Positions 28,072 to 37,938 of a DNA stretch of 46,444 bases are shown here, piece by piece. The stretch spans positions 1-46,444 of IMG/VR virus record IMGVR_UViG_3300027732_000038. The stretch is one strand, 5' to 3'. The notes beneath the pieces were generated by a model. It did no database searches. It saw only the letters and a program-made list of their open reading frames with translations, and had not been told where the DNA came from. The first letter of the stretch is position 1, and every line of letters starts with the position of its first letter. This DNA is from a virus (taxonomy: Duplodnaviria; Caudoviricetes). A program made the translations under genes and the position numbers.

Positions 28072-28326
28072 ATGGCAGAAATCACAGCAGTCGTAACACC
28101 TGATGAAGCATTAACAGTTGCGGTGTCGGAGGGTACATATGTGCTCAACACTTCAACCAATTTGGCTAATCCAGCCGTAGTAGAATCTATGGGTTCAATC
28201 GCAAATGTCGATGTCACTACAAATGGCCAGATAAATGGCTCGGTATTGGTCTATAAAACAACAACAAACAAATGGACTTCCACTACAATTCTTGATGGAC
28301 AAGATGTAACTGGTGGACAATATTAA
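28072..28326 (+). CDS. Small fibre-associated hypothetical protein (84 aa)
   Basis: ATG at 28072 lies just after the previous stop. It has NGSVLVYKTTTNKW and a C-terminal GGQY similar to the DGGTY ending of the next gene. Confidence 0.65.
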   Translation: MAEITAVVTPDEALTVAVSEGTYVLNTSTNLANPAVVESMGSIANVDVTTNGQINGSVLVYKTTTNKWTSTTILDGQDVTGGQY

Positions 28327-28339
28327 CGGAGAATAAAAG

Positions 28340-31087
28340 ATGGCATCAATAATTAGAATAAAAAGATCATCGACAGCGGGGAATCCAACAACACTTGGTG
28401 CTGGTGAGTTAGCGTACTCAGCACTTGGTAATAACGACTCTAATGGCGGTGATCGTTTATACATTGGTATCGGTGTAGAAACTGCTGGAGATGCAGCAAA
28501 CCATCTAGTTATTGGTGGTAAATACTTTACTGATTTACTGGATCATACTCGTGGTACTCTAACTGCGTCGTCTGCACTAATCACCGACGCAAGTAGCAAG
28601 TTAGATAATCTTAAAGTTGATAACCTCGACTTAAATGGTAACACAATTTCTTCTACTGATACTAATGGTGATATTACTCTTACACCAAATGGTACTGGTA
28701 AATTAGTTCTTAACAATCCATACATTAATGGTACAACAGATACTCTTGCTGAGTTCATCTACGATACAGTTGGTGGTGCAGTTACTGGTACTGCTAGCCA
28801 AATTCTTGTTACCAACAATGATGGTGGTAACACTTCTACTATTTCTTTAATTAACACTGCAGTTACTGCAGGTAGTTACGGATCTGCCACTGCGATCCCA
28901 GTATTTACTGTTGATGCGCAAGGTCGTTTGACTGCAGCTTCTACTGCTTCAATTACCACTACTCTTGGTATTGCTGGTGATACTGGTACTGACTCTGTTG
29001 CTCTTGCAACAGATACTATCACCTTCGTTGGTGGTACTGGTATTACTTCTGCAGTTGCTGCAGTTGGTACAGCAACTAGCGTTACATTCGATATCGATAA
29101 TACTGTAACCACAAACACTGGTACTCAGACTCTTACTAATAAGACTTTAACTAGCCCAACAATCAATGGCGCAACTATTGGCGCAACAGGTGCTACATTT
29201 AATGGATCTACTTCAGGTACCATCACTGTACTTGCTTCTGCTGTTGCTGGGTCAAACTCTTTAACTCTACCTGCAGCAACAGATACTTTAGTCGGTAAAG
29301 CTACTACTGATACACTTACTAATAAGTCTATCAACTTAGCAAACAATACACTAACTACTACTTCTGCTCAGTTAGCTACTGCCATTTCCGATGAAACTGG
29401 TTCTGGTGTTGTAGTATTTAATAATAGTCCTACTTTAATTACACCAACTCTTGGTGCAGCAACTGCCACAAGCATTAATGGCTTAACAATTAGTTCAAGC
29501 ACTGGCACTCTAACAATTGCCAATGGTAAAACCCTTACTGCAAGCAATACACTAACATTCACTGGTACAGATACTTCTTCTGTGGCATTCGGTGCAGGTG
29601 GTACTGTTGCTTATGTAGCAGATAAACTAAGCGTATTTGCTGCAACCACTTCTGCTGAACTTGCTGGTGTTATCTCTGATGAGACTGGTTCTGGTGCTTT
29701 AGTATTTGCTAGTAGCCCGACTCTGGTAACTCCAACTCTTGGTGCTGCTTTAGCAACTAGCGTTACTGCCACTTCTGGCAATATGACTGTTGGTGCTGCA
29801 TCTGGTAACAACAGTGTTAATTTAGTTCCAACTGGTACTGGTTCTGTTGATGTTGCCAACAAGCGTATCACTTCTGTTGCTGAGCCTACTCAGTCAAGCG
29901 ATGCAGCTACTAAGAACTATGTTGATGCTGTTAAAACTGGTCTTGATGTTAAAGATTCAGTTATCGTTACTACAACTGGTAATCTAACTGCCACATATTC
30001 CAACGGAACTTCTGGTGTTGGCGCAACTCTTACTAACTCTGGCACTCAAGCTGCAATCACTATTGATAGTAGAGTTTTAGTTGTTGGCGAGCGTGTTCTT
30101 GTTAAAGATCAAACAACTGCCCTGCAAAATGGTTTCTATAAAGTTACCACTGTTGGTACTGCTTCTGTAAATTGGGTGTTGACTCGTACAGTTGACGCTG
30201 ATGAAGACAGCGAAATTACTCCAGGTGCATTTACTTTCGTTGAAGAAGGTACTGTTGGTGCAAACAATGGTTATGTATGTACCAATGTTGGTGCTATTAC
30301 TGTCGGTACTACTGCAATTACCTTTGTTCAGTTCTCTGGTGCTGGTTCTGTTATTGCTGGTGATGGTTTAACAAAGACTGGTAATACTTTAAATGCAGTT
30401 GGTACTAACAACCGTATCTCTATCTCTGCAGATGCGATTGATATCTCTTCAAGTTATGTTGGTCAAGCAACTATTACAACTCTTGGTACTATCACAACTG
30501 GTACTTGGACTGGTTCTGTAATTGATGGTCAGTATGGTGGAACTGGTGTTGCTAATACTGGTAAGACTATTACTATCGGTGGTAACTTTAGCACAATCGG
30601 TGCACATACTACTGCACTAACTACAACTGCCAATACAACATTAACACTACCTGTTACTGGCACTCTTGCTACACTAGCTGGTACTGAAACATTTACTAAC
30701 AAGACTTTAACTGCTCCAGTTATCGCCACTATTGTTAACAGTGGTACATTAACACTACCAACTTCAACTGATACTTTAGTTGGTCGTGCCACTACAGATA
30801 CACTAACTAATAAAACAATCACTGGTGCAGTGATTACTACTGGTAGTATTAACAATACTCCAATCGGTGCTTCTACTGCAAATACTGGTGCGTTTACAAC
30901 TCTTGCAGCTTCTGGCGCAGTAACCTTTACTGCTACTACTGATGCTTCTGCTCTTGGTACTGCTGCGACTGTATTGTCTGGTGGTCTATCAGTTGCTAAG
31001 TCAATGTTTGTTGGTATTAATATTACTGGTGCTGGTGCAGGAACATCTACTCTCGATGGCTTTAATATCGATGGTGGCACTTATTAA
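28340..31087 (+). CDS. Long tail fibre protein (915 aa)
   Basis: N-terminal IRIKRSS...LGAGELAY, repeats TDTLVGKATTDTLTNK and ISDETGSG.LVF..SPTL.TPTLG, DAATKNYVD, RVLVKDQT..QNGFY, ending DGGTY. Confidence 0.8.
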   Translation: MASIIRIKRSSTAGNPTTLGAGELAYSALGNNDSNGGDRLYIGIGVETAGDAANHLVIGGKYFTDLLDHTRGTLTASSALITDASSKLDNLKVDNLDLNGNTISSTDTNGDITLTPNGTGKLVLNNPYINGTTDTLAEFIYDTVGGAVTGTASQILVTNNDGGNTSTISLINTAVTAGSYGSATAIPVFTVDAQGRLTAASTASITTTLGIAGDTGTDSVALATDTITFVGGTGITSAVAAVGTATSVTFDIDNTVTTNTGTQTLTNKTLTSPTINGATIGATGATFNGSTSGTITVLASAVAGSNSLTLPAATDTLVGKATTDTLTNKSINLANNTLTTTSAQLATAISDETGSGVVVFNNSPTLITPTLGAATATSINGLTISSSTGTLTIANGKTLTASNTLTFTGTDTSSVAFGAGGTVAYVADKLSVFAATTSAELAGVISDETGSGALVFASSPTLVTPTLGAALATSVTATSGNMTVGAASGNNSVNLVPTGTGSVDVANKRITSVAEPTQSSDAATKNYVDAVKTGLDVKDSVIVTTTGNLTATYSNGTSGVGATLTNSGTQAAITIDSRVLVVGERVLVKDQTTALQNGFYKVTTVGTASVNWVLTRTVDADEDSEITPGAFTFVEEGTVGANNGYVCTNVGAITVGTTAITFVQFSGAGSVIAGDGLTKTGNTLNAVGTNNRISISADAIDISSSYVGQATITTLGTITTGTWTGSVIDGQYGGTGVANTGKTITIGGNFSTIGAHTTALTTTANTTLTLPVTGTLATLAGTETFTNKTLTAPVIATIVNSGTLTLPTSTDTLVGRATTDTLTNKTITGAVITTGSINNTPIGASTANTGAFTTLAASGAVTFTATTDASALGTAATVLSGGLSVAKSMFVGINITGAGAGTSTLDGFNIDGGTY

Positions 31088-31092
31088 AGTGA

Positions 31093-31144
31093 ACTAAATA
31101 CTTGGTGGGTGAAATTCCCACCCCAGTATATACTGGTTGTTTTA
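31093..31144 (+). promoter_or_regulatory. Late-promoter-like ACTAAATA followed by two adjacent inverted repeats and a T-rich run
   Basis: ACTAAATA at 31093-31100, GGTGGG-TGAAATT-CCCACC at 31104-31122, perfect palindrome CCAGTATATACTGG at 31123-31136, then a T-rich run. Confidence 0.55.
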
Positions 31145-31173
31145 AATTCTACATAGAATAGGTTATAGTTATA

Positions 31174-31800
31174 ATGTCTAACACAGTCGTTCTTAAACGA
31201 AGTGCCGTTCAAGGCAAAACTCCAGTTGTAGGAGATCTTGCACTTGGAGAGTTAGCACTCAACACATACGATGGTAATCTATTCTTCAAAAAAGACAGTG
31301 GAACGGCTTCCATTGTATCAGTCGCCACATTAACTGGCACACAAACCCTCTCAAATAAAACTCTTTCGTCTGCTGTTCTTACTGGCACTTTAACTGCAGG
31401 TGGCGGTGCTGGTACAAATGGTCAAGTGCTTGTTTCTACTGGAACTGGAGTTCAATGGTCAACCCAAAGTGTTTCAACATTAGACAGCTTGTCAGATGTT
31501 GTAATCAGTTCTCCAGCATCAGATCAAGTTCTTAAGTACAACGGATCTATTTGGATTAACGCTGAATCAGATCAAGCAGTTGCTTCAGCAGTTTTTGCAG
31601 CTAACGCTGAATCCGATTTAGGATTAGTGACTGATCTTATTATAACAATAACAGAAGATCTTGGTTTAGTAACTAGTGTACCAGCTGAGTATATTTACAA
31701 TATGGGTTCTCTAGTTGTAGATGGTATCGTATCGTTGAGTAACTTAGATCAATCTGTTAAAGCAGATTATATTTCTTATGCAATTATTTTTGGATTCTAA
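31174..31800 (+). CDS. Short fibre-like virion protein
   Basis: N-terminal LKRSAVQGKTP...LALGELALNTYDG is the same module type as the 915-aa fibre. Also GTQTLSNKTL, GTNGQVLVSTGTGVQW and LSDVVISSP..QVLKYNG. Confidence 0.7.
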   Translation: MSNTVVLKRSAVQGKTPVVGDLALGELALNTYDGNLFFKKDSGTASIVSVATLTGTQTLSNKTLSSAVLTGTLTAGGGAGTNGQVLVSTGTGVQWSTQSVSTLDSLSDVVISSPASDQVLKYNGSIWINAESDQAVASAVFAANAESDLGLVTDLIITITEDLGLVTSVPAEYIYNMGSLVVDGIVSLSNLDQSVKADYISYAIIFGF

Positions 31801-31810
31801 AGGATCATAA

Positions 31811-34672
31811 ATGGCTCGTCAGCTTATTGAAAAATACATTTTTACACCTGGAGCAGCAAACGCTGGCACAGTAAAATTTCCAGGTAAAGTTGATGAAACT
31901 CAACTATTAATTATTACAAACAAAACTACTCAAGAGAATATTTACGCTCTTGGTGATCCAACTCGTTCTGGATCTTTGGTATATGATTCTTTAGACAGTA
32001 CGACTTTCTTTTCAGAACAAGATGGTGTTACAACAGTAACATTAGCAAAAGATACATCTTCGATGCTATCTACGCACAAGATAGCAGTTTATACAGACGC
32101 ACCAAAAACTCAAGGTAATATTATTCGTCCGTATGCTTTTGGTGTAGATGCTATTGAACGAATTCGTATTTCAAATCCACAATCACTAATTGATGCTGAC
32201 TTTGAATATGGTTTGCAAACCACAAAGTGGCAGAACTATGCAGAGATTCGTGGTGTTCCTGGAATTTATGAAAAACCTGGACTTGATATTTTCTTGTCTG
32301 GAGTTACAACCAATGGTGCTTCACCATCAACAATCACCGTAACAACCTCTGTTGCGCATGGACTATCGGTAAATGATGCAGTCATTATTTACGGTCTTGG
32401 TAATACCAGCACATCTGGTCGTGCCGAAGGTGCTTTTGTTATCGCCAGTGTTCCAACATCAACTACTTTTACATACTTTGCCAAAGGTATCGTTGGTACA
32501 AATGCTTTGTCTTTATTTACTGGCATTACCTATGCTCGTCGTGGTGGATTTTATACTGGTTCTTCACTGCCAATTTCTTCAGTGGCATCTAATGAAGCAA
32601 ATCCATCTGTTATAACAGTAACTTGTTCTGCCAATCATGGTCTGGTTCCAGGTGCTCCGCTAGTTGGTATTGTATCTTCTGCTGGAACAAATCACGGATT
32701 ATTAACTGGTAACTTTCTTGCGGAAACAGTTCCAACTGCCACTACATTTACATTTACTGCTCGTGTTGGTGGTGCAGTCGCTTCTGCTGGTATTACTATG
32801 ACAATGTTTACTCGTTCCGACGCTTATGTATTGCATCGCCCATTTGATGGTGGTGTAACATTATCAAACTTTGTACCTTCTCATGGTGCTTCTGTTTCTA
32901 GACAAACTAAAAAGTACATGCGTTATCAATCAGGTAAAGGTGTCTTGTGGTCTTCAGGTGTCTCACTAAACCCTGTTATTAACCTTGATCAAATTTCTGC
33001 TTCTGGAACTACTCCAGGTTCTTTAATTACTGTGACTACAGAATTAGACCATTCAATACAAGTTGGCGCAACTGTGCTTATTTCAGGTGTTGTTACATCA
33101 GGATATAATGGCACATATGGTGTCAATACTATTACTGGAGAAAATACTTTTACTGTTATTGCATCTGGAACACTAGGTTCTGCCAGTGCAGTTATTACAA
33201 ACATTCCTCGTGTAACAGTTAAAAATTGGCATGGAGCATGTGTTCGTGTTGGTCCATTTGATGATCAAAACGGATTGTTCTGGGAGTATGATGGACAACA
33301 ATTAGCAGTTGTTAAACGATCTGGTACATTCCAGTTGTCTGGTTTTATTGCAGTAACTGCAGCTTCTCAAACAGTTACTGGAACCAGCACTCGTTTCACA
33401 CAACAATTAAAAGTTGGTGATAATATTATTATTCGTGGTATGACTTATAAAGTTGGTAGTGTTGCCAGTGATACTTCACTAACTATTAATCCAGAATATC
33501 GTGGTGTCAATAATTCATCTGGTATTAAGATGGCAGCTGTTATTGATACTCGTGTACCACAATCAGAATTTAATATAGACAAAGTAGATGGTACTGGTAT
33601 TTCAGGTTATAATATGAATCTTAACAAGATGCAAATGTTGGGTATTTCATTCTCATGGTATGGTGCTGGTTTCGTTGACTTTATGTGTCGTGGTCCAGAT
33701 GGAAACATGATGCTTGTTCATCGTATGAAACAAAACAACATTAATGATGAAGCGTATATGCGTACTGGTAATACGGCAGTTCGTTATCAAACAATTAATG
33801 AATCTGTTATTGGTCGTTTAGATGAAGATTTAGATAATAGCGAAACAAGTATTGATGTACTCGATGCTTCTAGATTTCCAGCTGCAGGTGGTACAGTATT
33901 GATCGGTAATGAAGTTATTCCTTATACTGGTAAAACTAGTAATACACTAACTGGATGCACCCGTGGCGGTAGTTTTACAATGTTTATTGGTGGTGCCAAT
34001 AGAACATTTACTGGTGGTGCTGCAGCATCACATAGTAAAAACAATGGGTTTACTTCTGTAACTTTAATTAGTTGTACTGCAGCACCACAGTTAAATCACT
34101 GGGGATCTTCATACATCTTAGATGGTGGATTTGATACAGATCGTGGTTACTACTTTAACTACGCAGAATTAAAAGTTGCTGTTAGTGGTGATGCTTCAAA
34201 AACTGCATTCTTTATTCGACTGGCACCATCAGTATCAAACTCAATTGCAGGTAACTTTGGTGATAGAGATCTTATTAATCGTTCACAGTTGTTGCTACAA
34301 AAACTACAACTACAATCAGATAAGTCGGTGCAAGTTTATGGTATTTTAAATCCAGGAAATATTGACGCATCAAGTCTAACATGGACATCAGTTAATACTA
34401 CTGCATTAGGTTCACAACCTTCTTTTGCTCAGATTTCTACAAGTAATACTACAACCGCAACTCCTGGAGAACAGATTTTCTCCACACTTGGACCACCAGC
34501 TGGTTTTGCTGAGATTGACTTATCAACTCTTAAAGAATTATCTAACTCTGCCATTGGTGGTTTTAGTAACTTCCCAGATGGTCCCGATGTCTTGGCAGTT
34601 GTTATTAACAATCTTTCTTCAACATCAGCTAGTGTTAACTTAAACTTATTCTGGTCTGAAGCACAAGCATAA
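31811..34672 (+). CDS. Large virion structural protein (953 aa)
   Basis: RISNPQSLIDADFEYGLQTTKW, RQTKKYMRYQSGKG, FSWYGAG, HWGSSYILDG and repeated TVTT..HGL modules, a family found in cyanophage-type tail regions. Confidence 0.72.
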   Translation: MARQLIEKYIFTPGAANAGTVKFPGKVDETQLLIITNKTTQENIYALGDPTRSGSLVYDSLDSTTFFSEQDGVTTVTLAKDTSSMLSTHKIAVYTDAPKTQGNIIRPYAFGVDAIERIRISNPQSLIDADFEYGLQTTKWQNYAEIRGVPGIYEKPGLDIFLSGVTTNGASPSTITVTTSVAHGLSVNDAVIIYGLGNTSTSGRAEGAFVIASVPTSTTFTYFAKGIVGTNALSLFTGITYARRGGFYTGSSLPISSVASNEANPSVITVTCSANHGLVPGAPLVGIVSSAGTNHGLLTGNFLAETVPTATTFTFTARVGGAVASAGITMTMFTRSDAYVLHRPFDGGVTLSNFVPSHGASVSRQTKKYMRYQSGKGVLWSSGVSLNPVINLDQISASGTTPGSLITVTTELDHSIQVGATVLISGVVTSGYNGTYGVNTITGENTFTVIASGTLGSASAVITNIPRVTVKNWHGACVRVGPFDDQNGLFWEYDGQQLAVVKRSGTFQLSGFIAVTAASQTVTGTSTRFTQQLKVGDNIIIRGMTYKVGSVASDTSLTINPEYRGVNNSSGIKMAAVIDTRVPQSEFNIDKVDGTGISGYNMNLNKMQMLGISFSWYGAGFVDFMCRGPDGNMMLVHRMKQNNINDEAYMRTGNTAVRYQTINESVIGRLDEDLDNSETSIDVLDASRFPAAGGTVLIGNEVIPYTGKTSNTLTGCTRGGSFTMFIGGANRTFTGGAAASHSKNNGFTSVTLISCTAAPQLNHWGSSYILDGGFDTDRGYYFNYAELKVAVSGDASKTAFFIRLAPSVSNSIAGNFGDRDLINRSQLLLQKLQLQSDKSVQVYGILNPGNIDASSLTWTSVNTTALGSQPSFAQISTSNTTTATPGEQIFSTLGPPAGFAEIDLSTLKELSNSAIGGFSNFPDGPDVLAVVINNLSSTSASVNLNLFWSEAQA

Positions 34673-34675
34673 ATA
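34668..34675 (+). promoter_or_regulatory. Putative late promoter (CATAAATA)
   Basis: Overlaps the stop of the 953-aa gene, 22 bp before the ATG at 34698 (RBS GAGGA). Confidence 0.55.
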
Positions 34676-34697
34676 TACAAAATAGAGGAATTTTTAA

Positions 34698-36974
34698 ATG
34701 GCAACCCAAGTACAGTTTAGACGAGGAACAACTACCCAAAATAATGCGTTCACTGGCGCAATTGCTGAACTCACTGTAGATACCGAAGCAAAAACACTAA
34801 GGCTACATGATGGTTCTACTGCTGGCGGTGGTTCAGTTATTGCGACTCTTGCAGGCACGCAAACATTCACAAACAAAACGCATTCAAGCAATTCTGTTTG
34901 GCAAGGCACTCCTATTGGATTAGTATACGGTGGTACTAATGCTAATATTACTGCTGCAGCTGGTGCTGTTGTTTACTCTACTTCTTCTGCTCTTGGTGTT
35001 ACTGCAGCTGGAACTTCTGGTCAAGTATTAACTTCTGCTGGAGCATCTTCACCAACTTGGACTGCTCAATCTTCACTGGTTGTTGGTACTGCCACTGTTG
35101 CCACAACAGCAACTAATATTGCTGGTGGTTCTGCTGGTAATCTTATTATTCAATTAGATACAAATCAAACCACTTTCGTTGCAGCTGGTGCTGCTGGCAC
35201 ATTCTTAAAATCAACTGGTGCTTCTACTGCACCTGAGTTTGCTGCAGGTCAAATTACAATTGGTTCTACTGCAGTACCATTCGGTGATACTAGTAACGCT
35301 CTTACTGGAGTAGTTTCTATAACTATGGGTAACGGCAGTTATGGCAATGCATCTGTTGCTTCCGTATCTGGTGCTGGTCCATTTACAGCAACAATTACTG
35401 GTATATCATCAACTGCTGGTATTTTAGTTGGTCAAAATATTACCGCAACTGCTGGCACTGGTTCTTTGTTTGGTGGTTCTCCTACTAGTGTATTAGTCGC
35501 AAGCATTGTTTCTGGAACTAGCATTACCGTAACAGTTACTGGTGGAACTACACCAACTGTTGGTACTATTACTGCTATTACTATTCTTGGATTCTTACAA
35601 GTTCCAACTGGAACTACTGCTCAACGACCATATGTACCAGCAAATGGTATGATTCGCTACAATACTACTCAATCTACATTTGAGGGCTATTCTTCTGCTG
35701 CTTGGTCATCTCTTGGTGGTGTTAAATCCGTTGATGGGTTTACTTTTATTCAAGCAGAAACATCTGCTGGTAACTCAAATGGTGACTTAGATTTCTACGC
35801 TGAGGATGGTGCAGGAACTGCAGCTACTCAAGTTGGTCAGTGGAACAGAACTAATCTTAAAGATTATACTGGTACGCTAGTTGGAACACAAACAACACAG
35901 AATGTGTTTAACACTACAGCAACAACTGTTAATGCTTTCGGTGCAGCAACTACTATTTCTATCGGTGCTGCAACTGGCACGCTAACAATCAATAATGCAA
36001 ATACAGTTATTACTGGTAACTTAACTGTAAACGGCACAACTACTACTGTAAATTCAACCACTGTTGAAATTCAAAATGCCTTTGTGTTCGAAGGTGCTAC
36101 TGCTGATGGCTTCGAAACAACATTATCTACAGTAGATCCTACTGCAGACAGATCAATACTTTTACCAAATGCCAGCGATACTTTGGTTGGTAAAGCAACG
36201 ACTGATACGCTAACAAACAAATCTATTAGTTTAACAAACAATACAGTTACATTTACTTCATTAGAATTAAAGACTGGTTGCTCCGATGAAACTGGTTCTG
36301 GTGCTTTAGTATTTGCTACTAGCCCAACACTAACAACTCCAGTTCTTGGAACTCCATCTTCTGGAACATTAACAAGTTGTACTGGTCTACCAGTATCGAC
36401 TGGTATCTCTGGATTAGGCACTGGTGTTGCCACTTTCTTAGCTACACCTTCTTCCGCCAATTTAATCTCTGCCATTACAGACGAGACTGGTACTGGCGCA
36501 TTAGTATTTGCCAGTACACCCACCTTAGTGACTCCAGTTCTTGGTGCTGCAACAGGAACTTCTATAGTTCTTAGTGCTGGTGCACAAAGTTCATCACTAG
36601 GTGTTGGAACTGCTGCATCTGGTACTGCTGGAGAAATTCGTGCAACAAACGCAATTACTTCTTTCTACTCTGATGATCGTCTAAAAACTAAAACTGGTAA
36701 TATTCAGAATGCTCTTGAGAAAGTTCTTTCTCTTGATGGCTTTCATTACCATGCAAACGAAACTGCAGTAGCATTGGGTTATGATGCATCTGAACAACAT
36801 GTCGGTTTATCTGCTCAGCAAGTTCAAGCAGTTCTACCAGAAGTTGTTGTACCTGCTCCAATCGATCCGCAGTATATGACTCTACACTACGAGCGAATTG
36901 TTCCATTATTAGTTGAAGCGATTAAAGAGCAACAAAAACAAATTGAAGAACTTAAAGCAAAGTTAGGTAACTAA
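34698..36974 (+). CDS. Tail fibre protein with Mtd-N-like N-terminus and Peptidase_S74 chaperone
   Basis: MATQVQFRRGTT...ELTVDT...LHDGSTAGG N-terminus, SDETGSGALVFA repeats, YSDDRLK and YERIVPLLVEAIKE. Confidence 0.83.
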   Translation: MATQVQFRRGTTTQNNAFTGAIAELTVDTEAKTLRLHDGSTAGGGSVIATLAGTQTFTNKTHSSNSVWQGTPIGLVYGGTNANITAAAGAVVYSTSSALGVTAAGTSGQVLTSAGASSPTWTAQSSLVVGTATVATTATNIAGGSAGNLIIQLDTNQTTFVAAGAAGTFLKSTGASTAPEFAAGQITIGSTAVPFGDTSNALTGVVSITMGNGSYGNASVASVSGAGPFTATITGISSTAGILVGQNITATAGTGSLFGGSPTSVLVASIVSGTSITVTVTGGTTPTVGTITAITILGFLQVPTGTTAQRPYVPANGMIRYNTTQSTFEGYSSAAWSSLGGVKSVDGFTFIQAETSAGNSNGDLDFYAEDGAGTAATQVGQWNRTNLKDYTGTLVGTQTTQNVFNTTATTVNAFGAATTISIGAATGTLTINNANTVITGNLTVNGTTTTVNSTTVEIQNAFVFEGATADGFETTLSTVDPTADRSILLPNASDTLVGKATTDTLTNKSISLTNNTVTFTSLELKTGCSDETGSGALVFATSPTLTTPVLGTPSSGTLTSCTGLPVSTGISGLGTGVATFLATPSSANLISAITDETGTGALVFASTPTLVTPVLGAATGTSIVLSAGAQSSSLGVGTAASGTAGEIRATNAITSFYSDDRLKTKTGNIQNALEKVLSLDGFHYHANETAVALGYDASEQHVGLSAQQVQAVLPEVVVPAPIDPQYMTLHYERIVPLLVEAIKEQQKQIEELKAKLGN

Positions 36975-36975
36975 A

Positions 36976-37935
36976 ATGGCTGCTGTCTCTACCAGAACTG
37001 GATTAAAAGAATATGCATTAAGAGCATTGGGTGCACCAGTGCTTGAGATTAATGTGGACGATGATCAAATCGAAGACCGCATTGATGAAGCATTAGACTA
37101 CTGGAAACTATATCACTATGAAGGTGTGGAGCAAATCTATCTTAAACAATTGATTCGTGCTTCTGAGATAACTCTTTCTGCTTCTGTGGCAACTACCTTT
37201 GCTATTGCTGAAGTTATTACTGGAGCAACGAGTGGTGCAACTGCTGAAGTTTGCCGAGAATCTCAAAGATCTTCTTCAGGTACTTTATTGTTAGTTAGAA
37301 ATGTTGTTGGTACATTTACTGCAGGTGAGGCTATTACTGGTTCAGCAGGACATAATGCAACGCTGTCTTCTATCACACTCCGTGAATACGATAATCGTTA
37401 TGTTGAAATTCCAGACTATGTTTGGGGTGTTACTCAAATTATATCTGCAGGACAAGCATCTTCTTCAAAGAACATCTTCGACTTGCAATACCAATTAAGA
37501 TTAAATGACTTGTATGATTTAACATCTACTTCATTAATCTATTACAAAACAGTGATGTCGCATTTGGCATTGCTAGACTTTGAATTAAATGGACATCAAA
37601 GATTTAGATTTAATCGTTTGAATGGTCGTTTATACCTAGATGCAAACTGGGCAACAGACTTTATTCTTGGCGATTATATTATCGTTCAAGCGTATCGTGC
37701 GATGGATCCAACAACATGGTCTAAGATTTATAACGAGCCATGGTTAAAACATTATACCACAGCATTGTTTAAGAAACAATGGGCGACTAACATTAAGAAA
37801 TTCTCTGGTATTCAACTTCCAGGTGGTGTAACTTTGGATGGTGATAAACTTTACGATGAAGCTACTACAGAAATTAAAGAACTGGAAGACGAACTACAGA
37901 ATAAGTCAGCACCCCTAGATTTCTTCATGGGATAA
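36976..37935 (+). CDS. gp13: Neck protein gp13
   Basis: LKEYALRALGAPVLEINVDDDQIEDRIDEA, QYQLRLND, WLKHYTTALFKKQW..N..KF.GIQLPGGVTLDG, plus position before gp14. Confidence 0.92.
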   Translation: MAAVSTRTGLKEYALRALGAPVLEINVDDDQIEDRIDEALDYWKLYHYEGVEQIYLKQLIRASEITLSASVATTFAIAEVITGATSGATAEVCRESQRSSSGTLLLVRNVVGTFTAGEAITGSAGHNATLSSITLREYDNRYVEIPDYVWGVTQIISAGQASSSKNIFDLQYQLRLNDLYDLTSTSLIYYKTVMSHLALLDFELNGHQRFRFNRLNGRLYLDANWATDFILGDYIIVQAYRAMDPTTWSKIYNEPWLKHYTTALFKKQWATNIKKFSGIQLPGGVTLDGDKLYDEATTEIKELEDELQNKSAPLDFFMG

Positions 37936-37938
37936 TAG

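Noticed and set aside
34698-36974. Diversity-generating retroelement suggested by the Mtd-N-like N-terminus and by the repeats among adhesin genes
   Set aside because: There is no reverse transcriptase in the window and no template/variable repeat pair differing at adenines; the 66-bp repeat mismatch is T/C.
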